A stretch of 63,878 nucleotides of DNA, filler included, from Choristocarpus tenellus KU-1152 (Eukaryota > Protista > Phaeophyceae), in NCBI GenBank assembly GCA_964200185.2. It is 9 parts of 9 records of this genome, joined end to end, with 100 filler letters (N's around TTAATTAATTAA, not from the genome) between each part and the next. Parts side by side here need not be neighbours in the genome. Positions count along the whole stretch, not along the records: positions 35,385 to 41,322 come from CAXNAD020009366.1; positions 41,423 to 48,142 come from CAXNAD020007487.1; 7 more parts are not named here. One strand, written 5' to 3'. The stretch's first letter is position 1. Each line of letters begins with the position of its first letter. Of this stretch, positions 37,854-48,242 are shown piece after piece. The translations under genes were made by a program, and so were the position numbers. The notes under the pieces were generated by a model, which worked only from the letters and a program-made list of their open reading frames with translations, searched no databases and was not told the DNA's origin.

Positions 37854-38589
37854 CTGTTCAAGAAGGGGGGAAAGTGGACCGGCAACCAAAGGGATTAGCA
37901 ATGTCAATGAGTAGTTTATGGTCGTCATCATGCAAAACACTCACACTGGGTGGAAAATAGACACTACATCATAGGTACCTGGTGGGGGTTTTTACCTCTA
38001 TTCTTGGAGGGGGTAGACCCTCTGTCACTGATAATATTCAACAGGCAGACAGATGGCCTGATACACTAAGTTGCCCCTACTATATACTGTCCAAAAGGGC
38101 ATTGAGGTGGTGTCACTGGCAACATTCAAAGACAAGATCATAGTAGCATCATGTGTGTTAAGGAGAAGCAACTTACATAACAAGATCACCTCCCAAAAAC
38201 GGAACTTTGAACACAGAACTCAATATCCTCCGACATGTCAGGCAATCTAACTGTACTCCGATTAGGGTGAAGGGGACTAAATATCATACTTGTTTGGTTC
38301 TCTTTTTTTGGGACTTGAGCTCAAGGATGGTATCATCAAACACACCTACAGACAGTCGCAGTTTTTTCTGATGCTTTGATTTTAAACCCTTGCCTGATAT
38401 TTACTGGATTTAAGATGAAGCAAGATATAAGAGAGACTGCCACCCTGCCCTTCTTCGAAAAGGTTCCAAGATGTACTCCCATCCAGATAACCAAGTAATT
38501 GACTACAACAAGAGCATACAGTACAATTTACTCAATATTTCACAATTTTTGACTGAGCCAAGCAGTTAGCACGTCCAATGTTGGCCATA

Positions 38590-38812
38590 TGGCCGCGAGC
38601 CAGCCATGTTGAAACAATTGATGGTCATGGACTCAGCGATTTTCGGATTTGGTCGTACAGGGCTGGACGGTGGCCTGGCTGCGTTGAAGTGATGATGGTC
38701 ATGGACTCAGTCATTCAAACTTACTCGTACCTGGTTGACTGGTGGCCCAGTCATGTTGGAATAGTGACAACCATGGACTCAGTCATGTTAGAACATTTTA
38801 TCTATTGCCAGC
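38590..38812. repeat. Degenerate tandem array, 3 units of 72-74 bp
   Basis: Core CATGGACTCAG at 38626, 38700 and 38772, each preceded by a GCC...GTTG..A..G-like half. Confidence 0.7.
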
Positions 38813-38947
38813 CAGGTAAATATTCTTCAAAGTAATTGACACTCAGCATGGTGCCACATTCACCATGTATCTTGTATCCGATGCCTATAAAAATACTAAG
38901 CATAAATTATAAACATTATCTTAATTGTGGAAAGCAAGATTGTCTGT

Positions 38948-41251
38948 TGTTATGCCGTTATTACCGTATGCCATATACCGTTGTACCGATTGAGGTTCCT
39001 TGTCAAGCATCCATGATTCTACTGGCGGACCTTCCGTCAGAAGAAACAATGGAATCTCTTCACGAGACCAATCCCACATACTTGGGATAGCTCGTCATTC
39101 AGAGTTGTCACACATGGAAGGTCCACCTTATTCTAACGTCTTGACTTGTAGTCATGAAGCCCTTCTTTGAAGATGCTCACGACTCCTCATTTTTTGCACT
39201 TGTCCAATCTTAATCTCGTACCCCCGGTTACGGTTCGTCTTTGTTCATCTGGTCCGTCTTGCCCGGTAATTCTCTTCACCAACATTACCAGAGTGAACTA
39301 CGCCGCCACAGGATCACACGATTCACATTGGCAACACAGATTACCTCATAAAATAAGGTGAAGGGAAATTTTTTGTTGGACCACGGACAAAAGATGTCGA
39401 ACTCAAGATCGAGGTGAAAAGGTTGTACACAGGAGCGCCTGACTCTACGTCTGGAACCATCCAGATCGTCAAAGGAAGAGGTCCAAGATCGTCAGGCTCA
39501 TGCCAGACCCGTGTCGTCAACCCTTGAGCATCATGTTAGCTCGGGCGACCGTGACACTTGTCGGGTCCTGTTTCAGGAAGAACCGGTCCAGCCTCCGAGT
39601 TCTACTACTTGTGAGGTGGCTATATTACAGGCCATGTTCGGTGATGCTGTACCAGCGTTCATTGCACACCACGTCAACGAGTGCGCAAGAACAAACACCG
39701 TATCTCTTGAATGGCTTCAGGACCTGCTAAAGCTCCAAGTTCAGAGAACGGTCATCAATCACGTAAGATCCATTGAACAGAGTAGCAGCGTCGCACACCC
39801 ACAACCACTGTCAGAAGGGAGTCATTTCAGGTTTTCCGCTTCAGAAATACCATCTGGTCTGACAATTATAGGTTCTGGAGAAGAAGACTTGCCATTCCTG
39901 TTCTCTAAATGGCATGTGGCAAAGTCCCTACATTCTAGTCAGTATGGTCCAGCATCTCCTGAAACAGTTGATACTCGGTGTGTGGATTTTTTCCAAAGAA
40001 TTCATCGTCCATGTTGATGCCAGCGAGAGTGGTGCTGGAGGTTTTTTAGAACAAACTCGATCCGATAATCCTGCAGACCTGGGTATAAGTGAAAGTATCT
40101 TAGAGGGTACGAGTTTTGCCCTGTTTGTCCATTTGGGGCTTGACTTCCCATGGGTTTCTAATGACATACTACCTCCTCCAAAATGTTTCCGAGTAGGTAA
40201 AATATATACGCTATGAAAAGATGTGTCCGGAACAAGGATATTGACATCTTCTAACAATCACGATAGCCAAAATTACATCAAAATCTCAACATTGGATTTT
40301 GGTCCCCAAATGGACGCGGCTCTACCCTCTAAGATACTTTGACTCCTATTGCATACTTCAGCAAGAAATTTAATGAAGCTCAACATCACTTTTCAGCTAT
40401 ATTAAGAGAGTGTTATGCGGTTGTTACAGCTATCACTCATTGACGACCATATCTTTGGGGTAGACACTTTACCTGCATCATAGATCATGCCGCATTGTGT
40501 TACGTGTACAGATTGCAGGATACCAGTAACATGCTTAACTCGTTGGGCTATTGCGCTCCAAGCTTATGATTTCACTGTCAAACACAAGCCCGGTAAGCTC
40601 AAAGTTACACCTGAAACTCTTCTCCCATATTTTCAAGTTTGAGGAACAGGAGAAATCCGTTGCTCCAATGCTGGCACAAATCTGTCGTAATGTGCCTGAA
40701 GGTAGTTATGCATTTACCACACATGTTCAAAAGGAATATGAGTTGTCTGCTTCTAACCTTGACCAAGCAACGCCTATCCAAAGTGATCGTGAACTATTTA
40801 CTAGTTCCAATACTGTGTTTCCAGCAGCGAACCCGTAGAAATTGCGCAAGGAGCAGGAATCCGAGTTCAGACCATATTTCAGGTATTTGCAGTCCCCCAA
40901 CGTCACCCCACTATCTGATAAGGAATCAACGACATCCATGTCGTATTTTTTCCTTCATAATGGCTTACTGTATAGTTAGTATTTACCAGGCCATCTTCGT
41001 AAGAGGAGCATGTTTAGAGATCAGTTGGTCGTTCCTCGCTTGTTAGTCCGTCTTGTACTTCATGCTTGCCATGACCATGCATTGTCTGGAGGCCACTTAG
41101 GTTTCAAACCCACGTTTGATAAGGTTAGAGACTCGTATTGGTTGCCAACATCCAATATCAACGTTCGTACATGGTGTTATGATTGTCAAGCATGCCAAAC
41201 GCGTAAGACTGCTCATAAGAAACCTACACTTCCCAATTGCCACATGCCTGT
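38948..41251 (+). mobile_element. Internally deleted Ty3/Gypsy retrotransposon (putative 5' LTR, PBS, gag start, RNase H, integrase)
   Basis: Putative LTR TGTT...CACA at about 38948-39327, followed by TTGGCAACAC. RNase H: FIVHVDASESGAGG, IAYFSKKF, ECYAVV, RPYLWGRHFTCIIDHAAL, RWAIALQAYDFTVKHKPGK. Integrase Zn finger: HDHALSGGHLG...CQACQ. No RT or protease seen. Confidence 0.85.
40087..40345 (-). mobile_element. MITE family A inserted in the Gypsy RNase H
   Basis: Full copy; flanks GTAT/CTAT; the RNase H reading resumes after it (IAYFSKK). Confidence 0.9.
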
Positions 41252-41322
41252 GGGTCAAAGTATCTGGGGGGCGGGGGGTGGCTATCCATTTGGGGTCAAA
41301 TTTTTCATATCGCGATTTTTGG
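41252..41322 (+). mobile_element. MITE family B end (GGGTC terminus) inserted in the Gypsy integrase, truncated at contig break
   Basis: GGGTCAAAGTATCTGGGGG...TCCATTTGGGGTCAAATTTTTCATATCGCGATTTTTGG. Confidence 0.8.
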
Positions 41323-44300
41323 NNNNNNNNNNNNNNNNNNNNNNNNNNNNNNNNNNNNNNNNNNNNTTAATTAATTAANNNNNNNNNNNNNNNNNNNNNN
41401 NNNNNNNNNNNNNNNNNNNNNNGGAGAAGTAATCTGGAATAAGAGTGAGCAAACAATATTAATGATAATGATACTTACCACGCATACCCCCATCGCCCCA
41501 ACACACACATAATTCACAAGTATGGAAGGCCATGTGAGGATAATTGTTCACATTACGTGGTAGTAGTAGTGTGATGATGGTGGTGATGGTGACCTTCTAC
41601 TTCAGGTGTTGCATCCAAGCATACACGTGCCAATGGCATGGAATACAACACTGCAACGGCCCACTTAGTGGTTTTGCGTAGGGATTTGAACGTGGATTTA
41701 AAATACGCCCTCAGGTCGTCTAGAGAGTCATTGTATCTTAGAGGGGAGTGACTTTGCGTATTTAGGACCCCTGGGACTGCCTACTGTTATTTGTTCTGGA
41801 CAGTATATTTTCGGTCATGTGGATGGCAGTCTATACTCTTGTCTCCACAGCCACAGTCTCTGAAAAGGGGTTTGTTGGATTTCAGGAGTGGGAAATGGGT
41901 ATCAGGTAGAAGATGTTGAAAACCTTAATACTCAAAAGGGTCTATAAATTGACCCCTATCAAAATTGGGATGACCCAGGATGCAGGGAAGTCTGTATAGT
42001 GTAGGATGGAGTCATCGCACCGCAGGATAGGTGTGAGCACTGGCCAAGGTATTCCAAACCCCTGTTTTTCGTATAGTTTTCGTACAAGCTGCAAGTGGAC
42101 ACACAAAGAAACCTGTTATATCTAGACGTTTGCACATTGACGCTCTCCTGTTCATCTCACGAACTGTTCACATCCTCACGTACACTTTAGATGGAGGAAA
42201 ACTCAATTTGGCATGATATATAGTTGTAGGTAGGAAGGTGAACTTGTATATTTAAAATTAATTTGTAATATGAAGTTGGAGGTTGTTACAGGTAAGAAAT
42301 TTCTTTGTGGCACTTCCAAATCTCTTTCACAAAAAAATGAGGAAATGGTGATACGTAACTTCTAGTCCAATCAAACTGTCTCTTTCTTTCAGTAATAATG
42401 TAACACTTCAGTAAATAGATGTAGACCCAAAGTATCCTAGAGGGAAGTTTTGATAATAAGCGGACTTAGAAAGTGTGCCTGACACCTCATTTCCATGGCC
42501 CAAATGCAGGTAACACCCGTCAAGAGTCTGTAGTTAGAACGCGTGTCTGGATTGAGGGAATTCCCTTTTCCCGATTGCATGATCCCACCGATAACATAGA
42601 ATCTCAAGACGATACAGTTAGTCACAATGCAACAAGACTGCAACAAGTAGTTTAGTGTGAGAATGGGTGTCCTCATCCCTCAGTGGTTAACAGAGGCTGT
42701 TCCCTCCATGAATTTGAATGGTTCTCCTTTTTATGGTCAACTGGTTCAGATGACTCAACTCCACATGGCAGTAACTGCGGATTGTACACCAACCCGTACT
42801 ACTATCCTATCCCTTCTGTGTGCCACAAAAAAATGTATATATCGAACAAAGAATGAGGTGGCGATGCTTCATTGCTAAGAAACGCCGAGGAGGATCCATC
42901 ACAGAGTTTGAGGGAGGAGGCAAAGCGAAAAGCGCTCGGATGACTGAACCCAACACACAAGAAGGAAGACAAAAACAGAAGCAGTACAACATGTTTTCAT
43001 GGTGTAACCGTTCGATACAAGTGGTTAGGTACCAAAACCACCATTGCAGCTGCGTAGAACCTCTGGCCAGGGTCAGGATAGTCCCCTGATAAATTTGAAG
43101 AAGAAAATAATACTACATGGTACAAATAAGAATTAGTGCAGTATGCAGGGCCTCTGGTCGCAGGTTGGGATTGTCCCCATACGAAATAAGTGACTAATTT
43201 ATTATTATTATTATTGTGAAAGAACTGTTGAATGCCTCTTCCGATGGAGGGTAGCAGGTAGACCCAGAAAGGGGCAAAAAGAGACTTGGCAGAGAGAGGT
43301 AAGGCAGCCAGCCCAGGGGCAGTTCGCACAAGACAGAGTGAAGCGAGGAAGTTAGAATGGCCTCAGGGCGGGCTGCTGATCCACACATAACATCTCCTCA
43401 TCGTGACATTGCGAAAGACAATGGAACCAAACGATTCGCGTCTTGGAAAGTGAACAGACCTTCATGGAGCCAACTGCAGTTGATTAGGAAAATACTGATT
43501 TGGTGAAGGACACGAGAAACCTGGTCCAAGGTACAACTTGTATGAGGAAGGCATCGCAAAGGTATACCTCGACGTGGATGTGTGACTGACTCTTACAAGG
43601 GGTTCTTATTTTGAAAGTTATTTTGACACAATTCTCTCCGTACTACTACTGTATATATAGCGTGTTATTTTTGTAGTCATTACTCTTAAACACTTTATTT
43701 AAACAACTTCGCTTTTGCCTGGAAACCATCCTTACCCGAGGTCAGCACTACACGTTGCACTACTCCAGACGTTAACAGCACAAACTGTTGCTCTACAGCT
43801 AAACATACTCCCTCCGTTTGTGCCTTACTTTGCGCACACTGGGTTTCGCCACCCTACCCCCAGTCACTCCTCCTCTCCTCCTTCAAATTTTGTGCTGGAT
43901 CGGCGTTGGTGTCGGTTGGTAATAGAACCTTGTCACCTAGTTGTTGTTTCTTCGCTAATGTGAGAAAGGACCGTATACAAATCAGGAGTGCTTGGATTAT
44001 CGAAACCAAATTCCATGTCAAGGAAAGTCTGGCGTTGATGGGGGTGGCGTTGATGGGGTGGCGTTAATGGAGTTGGAACCCTCCAGATTCGTGTAGGGAA
44101 CAGCCTTCATTAACGACCAAGCTACAAGGACGATATTCAAGAAAAAATGAACCTACGTACACTATATATATATAGGCCTGGGATTGCTCTTGACAAACGT
44201 TTTGAATTATTTTTTTATTGTCGTTCGGCTACTAAAAAGGCTGCAACGCTCAACACGCTTCTCCCCATTTTTCAAGGGAGAGAAAAAATGCGCAAGACCT

Positions 44301-45231
44301 AAGCTAATATGGTTGACTTATCAGAGACGATAAACACAAATATAACAACCGCCACAGGGAAAGCAAGGATGGAGACCACCCACGAGGTGGGTGCTGATGT
44401 GCTACTCATGCGTCTTGGGTGTGCGTTCTACACATGCTGCACTTCATCATCCATGAAGGAATGGAGATATACCAGTTTTCGGACAAGATGTGTGAGGGAA
44501 GTTGGGGAAGCGGCCCTAGTGTGATCACCTCGTGGCACTGTAGTAAACGGTCCTCATAGCAGCTTAGTGGTTAGTGGAGGCCGTTCCTGTGTTAATTTGA
44601 AGTCTTCAAACCCCATCAACACCATACTTCTTTGCATGAAAATCTGGTCGATGATCCAAAGTCCATGTGGCAAGTACCACGGATTGTACACCTGTCCTAT
44701 CCTATCCTTGGCTGTACCACAAAAACGCGAAAGACTCAAAAGAGCCTTCAATCGTGCAGAGCAACACTGAGTCGGGCCCAGTACAAGATTTAGGGGAAGA
44801 GATAAAGCAATGAGAGGTAGGGTGGTTGATCCTGCAGTGCGAGAAGCAAGGCATGAATGGAAGCAGTGCGACTCATTGTAGAGCATAGTAAATTAGACAC
44901 ATTACGAACTAGTGTGAGAAAATAGTGCAATGTACAGTGCATTAGATCATGGACCAATCAAGACAGCCCCTAGTCTGAGGTGAATGTATGCGTTCTAAGA
45001 GGTAGTTAGAAATACAAAATAATATAAAATCATCTACACTCTCTACTGGGTTTTGTGGATAGAACGGAAGTGTACGGATCACTCCCTGCCTTGCAGGGAG
45101 GAAGCACTCGCTAGAACTGGGTGGGAGAATATTGAGTCGAATATATGCAAACATATGCTGCTTGCAAGTTTCATGGTGGGCATGGACAATGCTTGCTTGG
45201 CCAAGAACTTGATCCTTTGGGGGAACGTATG

Positions 45232-45706
45232 ATTGAGAAACTTAAGGGGAAGGTGCGAGGACCGGAGAAAAGGTAAATGATCTCGGTGCCTCCAACGTGA
45301 CCTTGAGGGCGTAAAGATAGTTTAAACCAACAATACCATTGAGAAACTTAAGAGTGAAAGTATCTTAGAGGGTACAAGTTTTTCCCTGTTTGTCCATTTT
45401 GGGCTTGGCTTCCCACGGGGGTTTTTTATGACATTTTACCTAGTCCAAAATGTTTTGGAGTAGGTAAAATTTACATATTATGAAAGTTATGTCCGGAATA
45501 AGAATATTGACATTTCCTAACAAGCATGATAGCCAAAATTACATCAAAATTGCAGCATTGGATTTTGGCCCCCAAATGGACGCGACTCTACCCTCTAACA
45601 TACTTAGCCTTTTAAGGGGAAGGCACGAGGACAGGAGAAAAGATAAATGATCTTGATGCCTCCAACGTGACCTGGAGGGTATACAGATCATTTAAACCAA
45701 CATTAC
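45232..45706. repeat. About 106-bp tandem duplication whose second unit is interrupted by a MITE
   Basis: Unit 1 is about 45232-45337; unit 2 is 45338-45351 plus 45616-45706. Confidence 0.85.
45352..45611 (-). mobile_element. MITE family A
   Basis: Full copy with TTAA/TTAA duplication at 45348-45351 and 45612-45615. Confidence 0.9.
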
Positions 45707-46044
45707 AGGTATGTGGAGGATGGAGCCAAACACTTCATATGTGTCTGGCATACTAGAGCGCCTAAAGCACCAGCAGTTCACCACCAGTATTTGTGTGCAA
45801 GTATCCTCATAGCTCATTAGTTGTGACCTTCCAGCACCCTTAATTGAAATATCTAGGGAAGAACCCAATCGAGGTTGGGCTTTTTTCAAGGAAATCAGGT
45901 TTTGAGTACTTGATATAGGATGCCATCACAAATGTTTGGGTCGTTACTCTTTGTTCTACCGACTGCATGAAACCATACATGAAACTGTCACTATTTTTTT
46001 TCATTCTCGTGTTGATACCAATACTGACAAGAGCACGGACGGTT

Positions 46045-46302
46045 GAGTGAAAGTATCTTAGAGGGTACGAGTTTTGCCCTGTTTGTCCATTTGGGGCTTG
46101 GCTTCCCATGTTTTTTTTTATGACATTTTCCTACTCCAAAATGTTTCAGAGTAGGTAAAATGTATACGTTACGAAATTGTGTGTCCAGAACAAGGACATT
46201 GACTCTTCCTAACAAAACGATAGCCAAAATTACGTCAAATTCGCAACATTGGATTTTTGCCCCCAAATGGACTCGGCCCCACCCTCTAAGATACTTTGGC
46301 TC
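46045..46302 (-). mobile_element. MITE family A
   Basis: GAGTGAAAGTATC...GATACTTTGGCTC with perfect GGTT/GGTT duplication. Confidence 0.9.
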
Positions 46303-46429
46303 GGTTTAATATGACGCTCTCACCGTGGTATGGACCAACAAACGTAACAAATACAACAGATACAAACAAATAATTCTAGTACCTCTACAAATAAAAAAAT
46401 ATCGTACTTCGAAACAACTATCAAAGACA

Positions 46430-47930
46430 CTCCTTTGTCGACAAATTTGCTCTCTGATTTGCGCTATCGACAAAAACAAGCTTTAAATTCGTCAAAAAAT
46501 GGTGCCTGGCATCACGTGCTTGGTCAGGGTTGACCTCGTTACGTTACTTACCAACTTGCATACTTTATCATTGTCCTTAAACATCTCAATCCAATGCTTG
46601 GAAAATGTGCCTAAGCAAACTCCAAAACGCTCGTCTGGAGAAGCGACTACTGTCCCCCATAATTAAGTATTGTGTGCACTCACTCTCGGTGGGAGACAAA
46701 GCTACGAATTATACGGTAGTACAATCCTTTGAGTCTCTGACATATTATTTTTTCCTCCCCTAGCAAACACAATCTCCCCTCCAGCCACAGATCTACGTTC
46801 ATTATAGTCCAGCATAGCCACCAGGCTCATACGCATATGCACTCAAAGGATACTCATTGCCAATACCATCATATATAAGTGTTGTGTACTCACTCTCGGT
46901 GGGAGACAGAGCTACGAATTATACGGCAGTACAATCCTTTGAGTCTCTGACATATTATTTTTTCCTCCCCTAGCAAACACAATCTCCCCTCCAGCCGCAG
47001 ATCTACGTTCATTATAGTCCAGCATAGCCACCATACGCATATGCACTCAAAGGATACTCATTGTCAATACCATCATATGTCAAACTAACGCTCAAAAGCA
47101 TGTTCCTTTATACCAAAATGCACTAAACTGCACGCCAGTGCACAGCCTTGGGCATGTTTTGCAGTACTTGGGTACATCACGAGCTGCACTGCTCTCAGTA
47201 TCTAGCCTAGTCATGACTATCGTCCATGCCAAGGAACCTACCGCTCCTCTCTACAAAACATCCACACTAACACAAGGTTAACCCTCTATCCTGTTCAGGG
47301 TCGAGGAGGGAACATGGAGTGATTGAAATATGCAGGTAGTCTGACAAATACTAATGCTCTGTGCAATCCTGTCACGCGAAATGTCACATCCTACGTTCTA
47401 GGCCAAGTCTCTAAAGTTCTCGATATAAAATTCTTCAATCCTGGAGTGAACCCAAATAAAAAAACATCAGCAATCCTGCACCCATGAGGTCATCAACTTG
47501 GAAGGCTACCACTGCATACACGCCACACAATTTCCTGCACAACACAAAACACTGATCTCTGCTCTGCACTGCTCAAACCATACTGTTCTATACATACACT
47601 AAAAACCAATGAATTCTGTGCTTGCTCGCTTGGTCCCAAACAACAGAGCTTTTAGCGAACAAAAAATCATACCTGATCACAGAACACAGTCAGAACATAA
47701 ACGAACATATACCTCAGCTTTAATCTTGGTCCACCTAAAAGCTTGTTTGAAATCCCAATGTACCAATTCCCAATCCATGTGTCTGCAACACAACCCAACA
47801 CCATTCTTGGTGACATAGGCAATGGTGTCGAGGCAAACGTTTCATGATAATTCAATCCCTTAACCTGACCAAAGTATTTTTCTACATGATGCGCCTTGTA
47901 TATCACTACCTCTCCAACAATGTTGATCTT
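46430..47930 (-). mobile_element. Decayed Ty1/Copia RT-RNase H
   Basis: In Copia order: YKA...FGQVKGLNYHETFASTP, DFKQAF, AVHWRAV*CIL, LSAYAYGGYAG..RRS, VALSPTESEY, EMFKDN...TKHV.ARHHF. Confidence 0.85.
46664..47078. repeat. About 210-bp near-identical tandem duplication inside the Copia RNase H remnant
   Basis: Units about 46664-46875 and 46876-47078 differ by only a few substitutions and small indels. Confidence 0.9.
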
Positions 47931-47983
47931 GAGTTCGTGTATCCAAAAAGTGCCAATTGCCCTTCGTTCAGGGGGGAAGTTAT

Positions 47984-48107
47984 GTTACAGGCGAATAGCG
48001 CGAGCTTTTCTTCTTGTATTTCAACGAAGTGCAAACGTTTGTTACACGCGAATAGCGCGAGCATTTTCTTGTTATGTTTCAGGAAATACGAACATTTGTA
48101 ACAGACG
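47984..48107. repeat. About 57-bp tandem repeat (2 units plus the start of a third)
   Basis: GTTACA.GCGAATAGCGCGAGC..TT.TT.TT...TTTCA.GAA.T.C.AAC.TTT occurs twice. Confidence 0.7.
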
Positions 48108-48242
48108 TAGAGTATGAGGATTGTTTCTTGAGTTCTGACAAGNNNNNNNNNNNNNNNNNNNNNNNNNNNNNNNNNNNNNNNNNNNNTTAATTAATTAANN
48201 NNNNNNNNNNNNNNNNNNNNNNNNNNNNNNNNNNNNNNNNNN

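Noticed and set aside
38590-38812. CRISPR array
   Set aside because: Eukaryotic context, degenerate repeats, mutually similar spacers and no cas genes.
44029-44070. (GGCGTTGATGGGG(G)T)x3, and the 16-bp doublet at about 59272-59307
   Set aside because: Ordinary short slippage repeats with no further structure.
46651-47082. TG...CA-bounded block resembling a solo LTR
   Set aside because: The minus strand translates to Copia RNase H (VALSPTESEY), so it is internal pol sequence.
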